DNA of 64,000 nt from Callorhinchus milii (GCF_018977255.1 NW_024704752.1:620001-684000), one strand, 5' to 3'; positions 1 through 12,995 are shown, counted from the first letter of the stretch. The notes: generated from the sequence alone by a model not told the origin. Numbers and translations: made by a program.

Positions 1-342
1 ACAAACGAGAGGACCTGGGTTCGATTCCCGGGCAAGGTGAAGCGTTGGGCAAATTTCCTTATCCTACACACCTCTTTACCCAGCAGTAAGTAGAAACCCG
101 GTTGTTAGTCAATTGGTGAAATGCTTTTCCGGCGATAATAATCCCTTCACAAAAAAAAATTAAAAAATACTAATAATAATTTTGTCATAACTTTGTCAAT
201 CCACAACTGTTTGTGGGACACTGCTGTGTGGGATTAGCTGCAACGTTTTGCCTACAAAATATCCAGTCAATTCACTTTACAGTATATTTTGTGAAGCGCT
301 TTGAAGACGTGATAATGCAAGGATTATAAGGATTATTATAAC
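1..342 (+). mobile_element. tRNA-derived Deu-type SINE (head cut by window start)
   Basis: B box ggttcgattcc, core tgtgggacactgctgtg, tail gtgaagcgctttga...gcaaggattat. Confidence 0.85.
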
Positions 343-429
343 TGTATCTTAAACAGATCCTGCTGTCCTGCCCTCAACTACCCTTCCTAGAGCCCACCTC
401 TAACTGTTAATTACTGTGGCCCACCTTAA

Positions 430-730
430 ATTCTAAGGCTGAGAGCTGGGCTCTGAGTGTGACAGTAACGGCTGTTTGCTCATCAGAAATTTGAGTTCAA
501 GCCCCAAGTCTGGACTTGAGCTCACAGTTCAGGCTGACACTTTAATGTAGCACTAGGGATGTTCTGGCTTGTTAGTGATTCCACGCTTTAGATGAGACAC
601 TAAACCAAGTGTTTCCAGGTAGATGTTGTAGCAGTTGCCTACAAAAACAGTTACTGCATATCGCTGTAATTTTCTGGAAACATTTTTAAGTGCTTTAAAG
701 TGATAAGACACTGCAAATGCAAGTCTTTCT
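430..730 (+). mobile_element. Old SacSINE1-like SINE relic
   Basis: gagttcaagcccc...gacttgagc...caggctgacac...tagatgagacactaaacc...aaatgcaagtctttct resembles the shark SacSINE1 layout as recalled; similar relics at about 23635-23900 and 28120-28415. Confidence 0.6.
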
Positions 731-1451
731 AGGCATAATTACTGAATTCAGGTGAAATACTTCATGACTGATTATGGCACATTTTGTTAGTAAGTGAACT
801 GCCTCATTTGAAACATTCAAACACTTTGAAACATTCTCCTGACATGAAACGCACCATACCAAAGGCAAGTTTAATTTAAGATTTAAATTATTAACGCAAT
901 CGGTTGCCGTGTTTCGCCCACAAAATATACAGTTAATTCACTTTGCAACATATTCTTGAGACGTTCAGAATATGTGAAGATTTGCTATATCAAATGCAAG
1001 GATTATTATTATTAAACAATTTATTTTCATACAGTACTTTCAAGTGTTTGCTTTTCTGTACAATTTGCTATGTTGCCAATAGATGGCGATGTTCAGCTAT
1101 TTCGAACAGGAATCTGCTTTTTATAATCACTGAAAATCCAAAACATTTTAGGTTATAACAATACAGGATGCATTTAGAAAAAAGTGTCACTACACGTTAC
1201 AGTCAATCATGTGAAGCACTTTGAAACATTCTCCTGACATGAAAAATGCCACATCAAATGCAAGTTTAATTTAAGAATTCAATTATTAATTAAATAATAA
1301 GAAGAATTAAAGGGAAGAATTAAAAGCAGATTTGTTTGAAATGATTTTGCATTCATAATTAATGTATTTTACTCAGCTATCCAAAACTAGAAATGTTTCA
1401 TCCAGTTTATCAGGCAATGTACCTATTTACATATTATATTATTTGACATGT

Positions 1452-1805
1452 GGAGTCCTGTAGCTCAGTGGTTAGAGCACTCGAGAGGCCCTGGGTTTGA
1501 TTCCCGGGCAGGGCAAAACTTTAGGTAAGTTTCCTTACTCCACACGCTTCTGTTTACCTAGCAGTAAGTAGGAACCTGGTTGTTAGTCGTTTGGCTGATC
1601 GCTTTTCCAGGGGTAATAATCCCTTAAAAAAATTATTTGGTGACTCAATCCACGACTGTTTGTGGGACGCTGCTGTGCGCAATTGGCTGCCGCGTTTGTC
1701 CCACAAAATATACAGTCAATCCACTTTACAGTATATTCTGTGCAGCGCATTGAGACGCTAGAAGACGTGGTAAGGCCCTGTATCAAATGCAGGATTATTA
1801 TTATT
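1452..1805 (+). mobile_element. Full-length tRNA-derived Deu-type SINE
   Basis: A box tagctcagtgg, B box ggtttgattcc, core tgtgggacgctgctgtgcgcaattggctgccgcgttt, L2-like tail and (TTA)n end. Confidence 0.9.
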
Positions 1806-2099
1806 GAACAATTGCTTTTTGTACAGTGCTTTTAAAAATGTTTGCCTTTCTGTACAATTTGCTCTGTTGCTGATGGTGATGATCAGCTAATTCAAACAGG
1901 AATCAGCATTTTATCCTTACTGAAAATCATTTTAGTTTATAATATGTTTCTATAATTTTAAAACTAAATAAATGCAAATATTACAGGTGCATTTAGAAAA
2001 AAATGTCAATTAAGCATCTTCACACTGTGATAGATTATACCAGAAAGTATTTTCTGTGGTTTAACACAATACAAATTTACATTGATTGACCAAATTTTT

Positions 2100-2281
2100 T
2101 TTGTGGGTTTATTACCCCCTAGAAAATGAACTACCAATCAACTAACAACCGGGTTCCTACTTACTGTTAGGTGAACAGAGGTGTGTGGAGTAAGGAAACT
2201 TGCCTAAGGTTTCACTCTGCCCGGGAATCGAACCTGGGTCCTCTCATTTGGGAGGCGAGTGCTCTAAAACTATCGGACTCC
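2100..2281 (-). mobile_element. SINE, 5' half
   Basis: Reverse complement of the SINE head and body (gggaatcgaacctggg...gagtgctctaa). Confidence 0.8.
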
Positions 2282-3929
2282 ACAGTGAAATGAAGGAGCA
2301 TTAGTGGAGAAATGCTAAGTAATTAAGACGACAGGATCCTAAGAAATTCAGAGGAGGAAGGCCCTTCAGTTCATTTCATCTCAGAATACAGAAATTGACT
2401 GCCACGTTTCCCCCACAAAATATACAGTCAATTCACTTTACAGTATATTCTGTGTAGCCATTTGAGACGTCTCGAAGATGTGATAAGGCGATATCAAATG
2501 CAAGGATTATTATTATTATTTTATTATCAATACCCATTTTGGAATTTTCCCATCAAATAATTAAGCTAAAGCAATGTCACTTTGCTGTTGCTCCCATTCC
2601 CATCACTTTCAAAATGTGAAGTCAAATTCAGAACCTCTGGGAAATGCTGTAAATTTATCTCCCGTGTTTTTCGATGTGAGGACAATGATGGGCTGGACAC
2701 TTTGCTGACATAACCTCGTTATTACAAACAGCACATCAGATTGCAATCACATGCTCAGCCAAGCAGACACATTCGATTAGAAAGAGCAGAGAGGGTTGGC
2801 GTCTCTCAAATCAATTACACCACCACACCTGAGGGAGGTTCCCTTAATGTATTATTGAACTGTTTACTGAGTTTCCTCTTCCTTTTTTTCATTCTTGTTG
2901 ATTAATGTTGTTAAAGATTGAAACTCACAGCTGTTCTGACAGTACATCATTTATTCTTTCCTCCAGCTCTAAGATTTAATTAAGACACTCTTCTGATTTA
3001 ATTTCCAATGTATTCTCAGGATAATTTGCATGAAGGGTTTGTATATTGCAAGTTATTTCATTTTTATGCTACAAAATGACATAAATAACTTTTATTTTAT
3101 TTTATATATTGTGGCTTTGTTTCTGTTGGCAAGTGTGGCAACTAATTTACACCAACAACACCCCCCTCCCCACTCACAGAATTGAGATAAATGAACATTC
3201 AGTTTAGGTTTAGGTGAATGGTGGGATGAGGGAAAAACTCCTTTCTCTTTTCCGTGCATGTTATTCATCCTTAATACTCTTTTAAACAAGTAGATGGAAC
3301 CTCAGAATCTCAGTTCAGTGTTTCAGCTGAACAGCAGCTCCAACAATCATAATAATCATAATAATAATAATAATCCCTGCATTTGATATAGCTCATTCTC
3401 AGGCCACGTCAATGTGGTTGGGCTTTCGGTGCTTCCCCTGATCGCTGTTGACTTGCTCACATGTTGACACTATCACATTAAATTGCTTGGCTATTTCAGC
3501 TCAGTAGAAAAAATGACAGAGCAATAAAACACATAGCTATGATTATTTTACAGTCATAAATCTAGGATCTCCCACAGTGCCTGGCACCACCAATGGTGTG
3601 ACGTGTAATGCTGCATGGAATTTATACCCCATCATTTTAAAACCTCACAAGGTGCTGCACAGGTAATTTGCTGTCAAGTGTAATGACTATACATTTACAG
3701 CAAACACTTAAATAAAAACTAAAATAATCGGTGGAGTCTGGGTCCTTTAACTAACTTTAACCCTACATTTTTATACCTTTTCTGAACAAAATTACATGTA
3801 AGATTGCATTCCTCAAGTTGTGACATTTACTGCAGGTTGGAGTTTAGGTTGTCAGGAGGCTTTCTCCAGCTACACAGAACTTTGCTCGTATCACATTTGG
3901 TGTACTGTGTAAATGCAGAGAAGGGCAAT

Positions 3930-4320
3930 TAAGGCTGAACCTCAATATAAGAGGGATGATTTATGAGGAACAACTAGATACCCGTGTGAGTCTACAGCCT
4001 GGAACTCTTTAAATAACTCCTCCGTTGTGTAAGATGATAATGGGATAGAGAAATAAATCCAGAACACTATATTAAGTAAATATGAAAAGGAGGTACATAA
4101 TAAGGTGCAGATTGTGAAGTGAAATTTTAGTATAAATATCAGAAAGGGTTTCTCTATATATTACTGAAGAACTGTAATGGATTAGCAGACTGAGTAGTTA
4201 AGGCCCGAACAATATGAACTTTGTAACATAGTTTGGAGCTGTAATGAGAAGTGGTGATGGTTGGTATTCTGGAAGGATTAGATCAAGTAAGCCACAGGAC
4301 CTTGTTCTTTCAATTTTCTT
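3930..4320 (+). mobile_element. Old CR1 LINE 3' remnant
   Basis: Degenerate gggatgatttatgaggaacaactaga...ctacagcctgga pattern of the CR1 RT C-terminus. Confidence 0.5.
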
Positions 4321-5130
4321 CCATGAAGTATTCAATACCAATACATTTGACACAAGGCCTTAATCTCTGCTGTAAACAAATCTAATAATCTAATGCACTG
4401 AATTAGTCAAGAGATGAATAATGTATAAATGGTATATTAAATCTAACCAACACAAACTGCCCTCATACACACTTGACGTTTTATTAGAGCAACAACAACA
4501 ACAAAACTACATTTGTTTAGAGCCTTTCACGTCGGGAAAGGGCTGGAGGTTCATACAATGGCAGGGTTGGAGATTCCTTTGGTAAATAAAGGGACTCTGG
4601 ATCTTATAAATTGGAATAATTAAGGAAGTCGAACATGGTATAAAGGAGAGGGCAAGGCCGATTACCAAAAGAAGGAACCAATAATCTGGTTCTCTAAAAT
4701 TTAACAAAACAATTCTATTGCCCTCCTTCAATGCTTTCTGAGAGTAGTTATAGCTGTTAATTGAGTATGTAATCTCCAGTTACATATTATAATATGTTTG
4801 GTGTTAACACTTAACACCCAGAGGCAAATGGAATAATTTTTTTCACAAAAATTTCTCCAGCTGCAATGCATACATAATACTATCCAGTCACATTGACCAA
4901 AAATACTGGATGTTGAATCTTCGGATACAGGGTATGTTGTGGTTATGACCCACAAATTGTCAGGTTTCTTACTCACAGAGAAATATGGATAAATGTGGTC
5001 TATCTTATGTAAGGTTCGTTCTCTGGAGGCGGAATTTATTTCCAAATTGTTTTCTTTGGAATTGTTCCAATTGTTCTGTGTTGTAATCCATTCACTGCAG
5101 TCCTAGCCAACTTCATGGACCCATGTGGGG

Positions 5131-5139
5131 TATATAAAA
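5131..5139 (+). promoter_or_regulatory. Candidate TATA box of G1
   Basis: tatataaaa about 60 nt upstream of the ATG; comparable TATA-like runs precede G2-G8. Confidence 0.5.
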
Positions 5140-5193
5140 CGCAATCACTCATGGTAGATCAACATTTGCCACCGGCTACCTTATAGTACAACA

Positions 5194-8100
5194 ATGTATT
5201 ATGCTCTATTGATGGTGCAACTCATATTTATCCCTGCGATGGCGAATAATGATTCACTTTGCAGACGGCGAGGGCAGTTTAATTTACCTGGAATATCAAA
5301 GGATGGTGACTTTGTCCTGGGTGGAATCTTTAATATTCACTACTATCGAGAGGAGCAGGTTCTGAATTTTACGTCTCAGCCAGCACGACCAGTGTGTAAA
5401 AGGTTAGTCAATCCTTGTAGCTGGAGACGCTTGAGTAAAGCTACATTTCAAGCTTGTGGTTCTAAATCAACTTTACTTCATAAGGTTACAGCTTTAAAAA
5501 TGTTTCGCAAAAGCTTTACTTAAAAATATCAGGGTGAATTTATGAGATAAGATCAACTTCATTAGCAGGGAATGAAAACCAAAGGAAACTGTGCAATGGG
5601 TGAAATCATGTTTTTTGGAGACTGTTCATTCTTAGCTTTATTTTGGAGCTTTTGGGGAAAAAAAGCATTTTCACTTTCATAGGCTCTGCAGTTTGTCATC
5701 ATCTCCACCATGTAAATAGACAGGGGTTCACTCTGATGATTCTAGCATTCAAAATTCATCATTGTACCAACAGGAACCACTCTGCTCATGCCATGTAATG
5801 CAGAGAACCTATTATAACCAAACTGATGGCATACGCTTTCCTGCTGCTTGTCCAGCTAGGACAATCCTACCCATTAGGACTTTGTCTTGCAGGATTAACA
5901 GGAGCTGAGTGGGAAGAGTCTCTATCCTCAGTGACTGGTCTGCACTTCCAAGACCTGCAATGAGCCAGGCCCTGGAATACTGCATCGCTCAGGAACCGGA
6001 CCGCTATAGAGGGCTGGCTCAATTCCGACACTCCTTTGTCACTCACATCTCCTTAGAGCTCATTCAACTTGAACTATAATATATGATTATGTGCAATTTT
6101 AGGCCTCCACATATGTATCTGAAGTCACCTCAAAACGTTTCTATCTTGCAATGTTAGTTTGAAATATTAAGTGCGTTAGTGGATCTTGCCCCGAGGCTCC
6201 GGAACTCCCTTCCTCACTCCCTTTGTCTCACTCCCTCTCTTCCCATTTTCAGGTCTCTGCTGAAGACCTTTCTTTTCGACTGCGCCTTTGGTCACCTTCA
6301 CCGACCTCCCCCTCCCCCTGGCTCCTCCCCTCCCCCTGGCTCCCCCCCTCCCCCTGGCTCCCCCCCTCCACCTGGCTCCCCCCCTCCCCCTGGCTCCCCC
6401 CCTCCACCTGGCTCCCCCCCTCCACCTGGCTCCCCCCCTCCCCCTGGCTCCCCCCCTCCCCCTGGCTCCCCCCTCCCCCTGGCTCCCCCTCTCCCCCTGG
6501 CTCCCCGCCTCCCCCTGGCTCCTCCCCCTCCCCCTGGCTCCTCCCCCTCCCCCTGGCTCCTCCCCTTCCCCTGGCTCCTCCCCCTCCCCCTGGCTCGGCC
6601 ATGGGATCCGTTACTGTAAAGCGCTCTGAGACGCTGTCCAGCGTGGGGGGCACTATATAAATCCAAGTTGTTGTTGTTGTTGTAAATCTGTCGTTTCATC
6701 CCCCAGTTTTGATCTGACACAATTCCAGTTTGCTCAGACCATGATCTACACCATCGAGGAAATAAATAGTAACCAAACTTTACTTCCGAATATTAAACTG
6801 GGCTACAAGATCCACGATAGCTGTGGTGATCCAGCTATGACTACCAAGGTGACCACCATGCTTATCACTGGGCAGGAAGAGACGCTAGCTGAAACAAAGT
6901 GTAATACAATCTCTGATGTCCCTGCTCTGATCGCAGATGCTGAGTCAATGCAGTCTGTAGCAGTAGCGAGGGTAATTACTCCCTTCAATATTTCAATGGT
7001 AAGCCAACTTCCTGCATCATTATGCTATCACCGTGTCTGCCGCTCCATTCAAATAATGTTAGAAACCGAACTTGATTATAGTAACAGTAATAAATGAAGA
7101 AGACTTGAGTACACACTCAAAAACATTAAATGTGTATTAATTGAACTCTGATAGATTTCATTTTATAATATGCATTTACGTATTTCCTAAACATATATTC
7201 AGTTCGTAATAATAATAATCCTTGCATTTGATATAGCGCCATGTCATGTCTTCGAGAGGTCTCAAAGCGCTTCACAGAATATACTGTAAAGTGAATTGAT
7301 TGTATATTTTATTGGTGAGATGCGGCAGCCAATTGTGCACAGCAGCGTCCTACAAACAGTCCTCCTCCTAGTCCTACCAGTGAGCCAGATTAGCTGGTCT
7401 GTCATCAGTAATGCCCTGGAGTATGGTGGACATACCTAGCTCGGACCACCAAGGACGGCCACAGAGAGTGGACTCAACTCCAACCTTCTATTGCCAAGCA
7501 TGTCCACCTGAAATTGGATGGACTTGGTTCCAATAGCCATTTGCAGTAATGTGACGGCAGGAATCAAACAAAACCCTAATCACAAGAACACACATTAATT
7601 CTTATTGGTACATTTTTTGGGGGGGTTATGTGAAAGGTTCACTTTTGAACTAATGAAATAGTTGCAATAGGTCGCATCTTCACATAATGGCCGCTTTGGT
7701 AGACAAAAAAACACCAAGGTCCATCTAGTTCGACTTCTACCACCCAGGCAGTCGCATGCACATATGTCTCCATTCCCCCAGCACCTCTCCAGTGTTCAGT
7801 GATTTTTGAAAGATTTCTGCTAGCATTTCTGCGACTTCCTCCCTTAGTTCCTTAAGGATGCAATTTATCCGGCCCCTGAGATTTATTTACCTTAAGTTTA
7901 CACAACCGTTTGGCAACCATGCTGGTAGTGATATGAATAACGTTACAACTTTTTTCTGCGATATCCTTGAGTTCTCTTTCCAGATCAGATAGGTTGCCCG
8001 TCTACTCCTTGGTAAGGACTGATGCAAAGAACTTATTTAGTACTATTGCAACCTGTGCAGGATTATTTGGCATGTTGTTTCCTGAACCTGCCTTCATTGG

Positions 8101-11100
8101 CCCTATTCCTTTGCTTGTTTTTCTCCTACCCTTAATGTAACGACGAGGAGTCGTGGATTGAGTGACCAAATTTTTTTTTTAATGTTGTATTTATAATCCA
8201 ATTTCTAACTATCCACATGCCTTTTAATAAGCCCTCAAGAGAAAAAAGCGATAATAAAAATTGGTCACTTCAATCCATGACTGCTGTGCGCAATTGGCTG
8301 CCGCGTTTTGCCCACAAAATATGCAGTCAATTCATTTTACAGTGCATCCTGTGAAGCGTTTTGAGACATCTTGAAGACGTGAAAAAGTGCTACATCAAAA
8401 GTGCAAGGATTATTATTTTAGGGTTATTATCCCTTACTATCTATCCACCTCAGTCTTGAAAATGTGAATGGATCCCCCAACCCCAGCTCGGGTCCGAAAT
8501 GCTGTACACTGTCCAGCACCTTGGGACATCCTCCCGACGTGAAAGGCGCTATACAAATGTAAACTTGTTGTTGTTTTTGTTGTATATCACTGTTTGTTTC
8601 CAAATCCCGACAGGTCAGTTATTCCGCTGCGTATGACTACCTCAATAATATGTACGAATTCCCTACATTTTTCCGAACGATTCCCAATGATTACCATCAG
8701 GTGGAGGCTTTGGCTCGGATTATCAAATACTTTGGCTGGAACTGGATTGGTACAATCAGGAGTAATTCCACCTATGGCGCTCTGGCCATGGATGAGATTA
8801 TAGAAGGAGTCCAGAAACTCGATATCTGTGTTGCCTTCTCAGAGGTGATTCACAAAACGGACTCCAGAGAGAGACTGATGGAAATTATCAATGTGATAGA
8901 ACAGGCAACCACAAAGATTATTGTTGCTTTTGTTGCTCAGGCGGATATCGCGGTTTTACTAAAAGAAATTGTTCGTAATAACGTAACCGGTATTCAATGG
9001 ATCGGCAGTGAATCTTGGATTACAATGCCCAATCTCTCTCCGAAAGAGCATGCAAGATTTCTTGTGGGGACATTGGGATTTGCTGTGCCCAGAGCAACGT
9101 TACCAGGATTGAAGGAATTTCTTCTGCAAATTCACCCATCGAAGTATCCTGGGAATGAATTTGTTAATGAATGTTGGGAAAAAACATTCGATTGCACCAT
9201 GACAGAGCCTGAAAATCTAAACCCATTCGACCCCAAATCACAACTCAAACAATGTACTGGTCAAGAGCGTTTGGAAGATGTAGATAATCAATACACTGAT
9301 ACCTCACAACTGAGGATAGCCTACAATGTGTACAAAGCGGTGTACGCTGTAGCTCATTCACTCCACAATATGCTTTCCAAACAAAACGATTCCTTCACTA
9401 CTCTTGACCTATGGGAGGTAGGGAGAATGTAGAGTTTTAATAGTAAATTAAAATGAGTGCACTTTTAGAAATTATATTTTTTGGATGTGGATCATTTATT
9501 GGAAAAAACAAGGTTGGTAACTCTTAAAGAATGCAATTGTCTCAAAAATAGTTAATAATAATAATCCTTGCATTTGATATCGCGCCTTAGCATGTCTTCG
9601 AGACATCTCAAAGCGCATCACAGAATATACTGCAAATTGTTTTAGCAATAATAGGCAATATGTTGTTTTAACAAGTTTTTACACAATTTATTGGTTAAGT
9701 GATTTATTCTGAGATAAGTTCAATATTTTACATCCATATGTTCCAAATGATAACGGTTAGTATGGACTCAAAGGGCAAAAAAGTCCAAGCGAATGATTCT
9801 TTCTCTCTCTCCCTTTCCCAGTTGTTACATCACATGTATGCAATAAATTTCACTGCTAAGAATGGAGAAAGTATCTACTTCGACCAAAATTTGGATACAG
9901 TCCCACTATACGAATTGGTAAACTGGCAAATGAACTCAGAAGGTATAGCGCATGTTGTGACAGTGGGGCATTATGATGGACTTGTACATCCCGATAAAAG
10001 GCTGTTTATCAACAAAGACGATATTGTCTGGATAGGTGGGGGAAAGGAGGTAAGTTCACTTGGAAACTACATTACCTATTTTACCTGTTTGTTAGTTGAT
10101 TGACGATTGCTTTACAGGGGCGATAATCCCCTCAAAAATTGATAATAATAACAATGTAGTCACTCAATCCACGACTGTGTGTAGGACACTGCTGTGCGCA
10201 ATTGGCTGCCATGATTCGCCCACAAAACACACAGTTGCTACACTTTACAGTGTATCCTGTGAAGCGCTTTGAGACGTCTCGAAGATGTGATAAGGCGCTG
10301 TATCAAATGTAAGGATAATTATTATTATTCTGTGAAATACTTTGAGACATCTCGAAGATGTAATAATGCGTTACATCAAATGCAAGTATTATTATTATAC
10401 AGTATTTTAATTTTTTGTTCAAAGCTAGCAACAAAAAGTAAAAACTAATTTTTTTTTGAGTCGTTCCTAATAATAATAATCCTTGCATTTGATATAGTGC
10501 CTTATTACTTCATCAAGACATCTCAGAGCTCCTCACAGAATATACTGTAAAGTGAATTGACTTTATATTTGTGGACGAAACGCGGCAGCCAATTGCAGCA
10601 GCCAAATGGGCCAATCAGCTTCAAATCAATAAATCCTTAATCTGATCAATTTGGGTTATCTGGATTTCTGTAGCTCAGTGATTAGAGCACTCGCTTTGCA
10701 AGCGAGAGTCCCGAGCTCAATTCCAGGCAGTGCGAAACTTTGGGCAAGTTTCCTTACTCCACACAGAGCCTAATAATAATCCCTCCAAAAAACCCAAAAC
10801 AATAATAAATTGGTCATTTTTGTGGGACATTGCTGTGCGCAATTGGCTGCCGCGTTCTCCCACAAATATACAGTCAATTCACTTTACAGTGTGTTCTGTA
10901 AAGCGTTTTGGGATGTCCTCCCGACGTGAAAAGCGCTATATCAAATGCAAGAGTTATTATTATAAACAGTAGTTGTCGTGTGCACACCTATGCAACATGG
11001 TAACAGTCTGCTCTTGGTGCTTCACTTCAGATGATATGCTAAACTGATGTCCTGTCTACTAGTTCAGGTGGATATTAAATACTCAATGGTACAAAGCAGA

Positions 11101-12995
11101 AGAACATGGAGTTCTCCTGTGTTCTGACCTCCTTTATCCAATTGCTCCCAAATGGTAGTTCATCTCATTGCCCTGTGTGACGTTTTGCTGGTGTATTGTG
11201 CCAATTTTTCTGCATAACAACATTAATTTCAAATAGCTTAGGTTTAGGATATGAAACACATTGATCTTGTTTTAATTTGACTTGTCAGGTGCTGGATCGA
11301 ATGTACATAATACTTTCTCCTTCTCTTTACACTTCTCTGAAACTCAGGCCCCTCGCGGAGTGTGTTCTGACAGCTGTCCTCCTGGTACATGGAAAACAGT
11401 GAAAAAGGAGGAGCCTGTGTGTTGTTTTAGCTGTGTGCAGTGTGCGGATGGCCAAATCACAAACATAACAGGTATTCACATTTTGACACACACGGAAACC
11501 CATCACCGTTGCTTAAGAGCATCCAAACCAAGCTGAGAATTCCATGCATCCCACCTACACATGGAAATCCCAGAGATAGATGGTTGGAATGGGATGCGCT
11601 CTCTCCCCAGAAGGACACACCCTGCTCACCTATTTCCAGAAACTATTAGGCGCAGCTTGGCAAGGCTTGTGGAGCCAGCAATGTATGTTGGGGTAACTGC
11701 TGGAATCTAACCAGCTATAAATGGTTTAGCTTGCCATTGATATTGATGGCTGGCAATTTTCCCGCTGCTTGCACAGCTGGGACCATCCTACCTGTTAGGG
11801 CTTTGGCTTGCGGGATTAAGAACAACTGAATGGGATGACTCCATGCCCCCAATACCCTGGAATACTGCGGCCGGACCGTCACAGAGTGTGGGCTCGATTC
11901 TGACATTCCATTGCCAAATGTTACCTTGGAGCCAGTTCAGCTCCAAGGAGATCCCACTTATTCACGTACTGTATTCAAAAATTACTCTCCAGGGGTCCGA
12001 AATCCCACTTAGTTTTAGTATGTAGGACTGATTTGATTCTTTTCTGCAGTGGCATTTCTCTAGAAATATGTGATTTATGTTATTACTTTCACTCAGATGC
12101 ATTATCTTGCTTGAAATGCTCCTCGGAATACTGGTCCAATCAGTTCAACAACCGCTGCTTGCCTAAGGAAATCGAGTTTCTCTCCTTTGATGATCAAATG
12201 GGGAAGTCACTGGTCATTCTGGCAGTGGTTGGAGCAGGGTTAACATTAGCCACAGCTGGAATATTTTATAAATTCAGAAGCACTCCCCTGGTTAAAGCTA
12301 ATAATTCTGATCTAAGCTTCCTCCTACTTTTTGCACTAATCCTGTGCTTTCTGTGCTCACTTACATTCATCGATAAACCATCCCGGTGGTCCTGCATGTT
12401 ACGACACACAATATTCAGTATTAGTTTTGTTCTCTGTCTCTCTTGTATCCTGGGAAAGACAATTGTTGTGCTGATGGCATTCAAGACAACAATGCCCAAT
12501 AGCAAGAAGAAGATCAAGTGGTTTAGTCCCATACGTCAAAGAATAAACGTTTTCATCCTTACATTTATCCAGACTTTACTATGTATCCTCTGGCTTACCA
12601 CCTCCCCTCCTTTCCCTGTGAAAAACACTTCATACTACAAGTCTATAATCATTCTAGAATGTAATGTGGGCTCCATGGCGTACTTTTGCTGTGTGTTTGG
12701 TTATATTGGTGCTTTGTCATGCGTGTGTTTTGTACTTGCATTTTTAGCTAGAAAACTACCGAATAATTTCAATGAAGCTACATTTATAACCTTTAGCATG
12801 CTCATCTTTTGTGCAGTTTGGATAACTTTCATCCCAGCTTATGTCAGCTCTCCTGGGAAATACACAGTGGCTGTAGAAGTATTTGCTATTTTAGCATCTA
12901 GCTTTGGTCTCTTAGTCTGTATTTTTGTTCCCAAATGTTACATTATAATTTTTAAACCTGAAAAGAATACAAAGAAATATTTAATGAAGAAATAA
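5194..12995 (+). CDS. G1: V2R/OlfC-family class C GPCR, divergent paralog, 6 exons, 851 aa
   Basis: Exons 5194-5402, 6707-6998, 8614-9417, 9822-10049, 11348-11471, 12097-12995, all GT-AG; sum 2556 nt, open frame. Signal peptide, [30 protein letters not shown], cysteine-rich domain (VCSDSCPPG...CCFSCVQC), 7TM with VKANNSDLS and [12 protein letters not shown]. Confidence 0.95.
6188..6682 (+). mobile_element. L2 LINE 3' end containing an expanded minisatellite
   Basis: [12 protein letters not shown]...[14 protein letters not shown], then ctgtaaagcgctctgaga...ctatataaatccaag(ttg)n tail. Confidence 0.88.
6305..6594. repeat. 18-bp C-rich minisatellite (cctccccctggctccccc), about 16 copies
   Basis: Directly visible tandem array; explains the PPPPGS / LPLAPP ORFs. 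Confidence 0.95.
7700..8140 (-). mobile_element. CR1 LINE fragment
   Basis: Tail ccaaggtccatctagttc is the reverse complement of the 14283-14300 tail; upstream-of-RT CR1 motifs on the minus strand. Confidence 0.7.
10662..10962 (+). mobile_element. tRNA-derived Deu-type SINE (internally deleted)
   Basis: A/B boxes, core and tail; further partial copies at 7207-7360(-), 8250-8420(+), 9555-9635(-), 10085-10400(+), 10468-10600(-). Confidence 0.88.
11485..11950 (+). repeat. Unclassified ~500-bp interspersed repeat
   Basis: Homologous segments at about 5830-6070, 15410-15635(-), 37270-37330, 38010-38165 + 38540-38630, 57165-57920. Confidence 0.7.

Noticed and set aside
1452-1515. tRNA gene (Ala-like) here and at 10662, 13135, 57241 and other SINE heads
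   Set aside because: These are SINE heads: they continue into the SINE body and lack a consistent acceptor stem and terminator.
4507-5045. Minus-strand ORFs upstream of G1, weakly reminiscent of an L1/Tx1 C-terminus
   Set aside because: No convincing motif by eye; left unclassified pending a profile search.
6305-6594. CRISPR-like array (also the 17-bp units at 46552-46637)
   Set aside because: Units are contiguous with no unique spacers, and the DNA is vertebrate with no cas genes.
6179-6720. Five overlapping Pro/Gly-rich ORFs (PPPPGS, GGGGEP) resembling extensin or collagen-like proteins
   Set aside because: They are translations of an 18-bp stop-free minisatellite inside an intronic L2.
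12033-12995. Single-exon 7TM genes, or assignment to CASR/GPRC6A/TAS1R
   Set aside because: These ORFs are exon 6 of 6-exon genes; short C-tails, tandem clustering and motifs fit V2R/OlfC, so no specific symbol was assigned.
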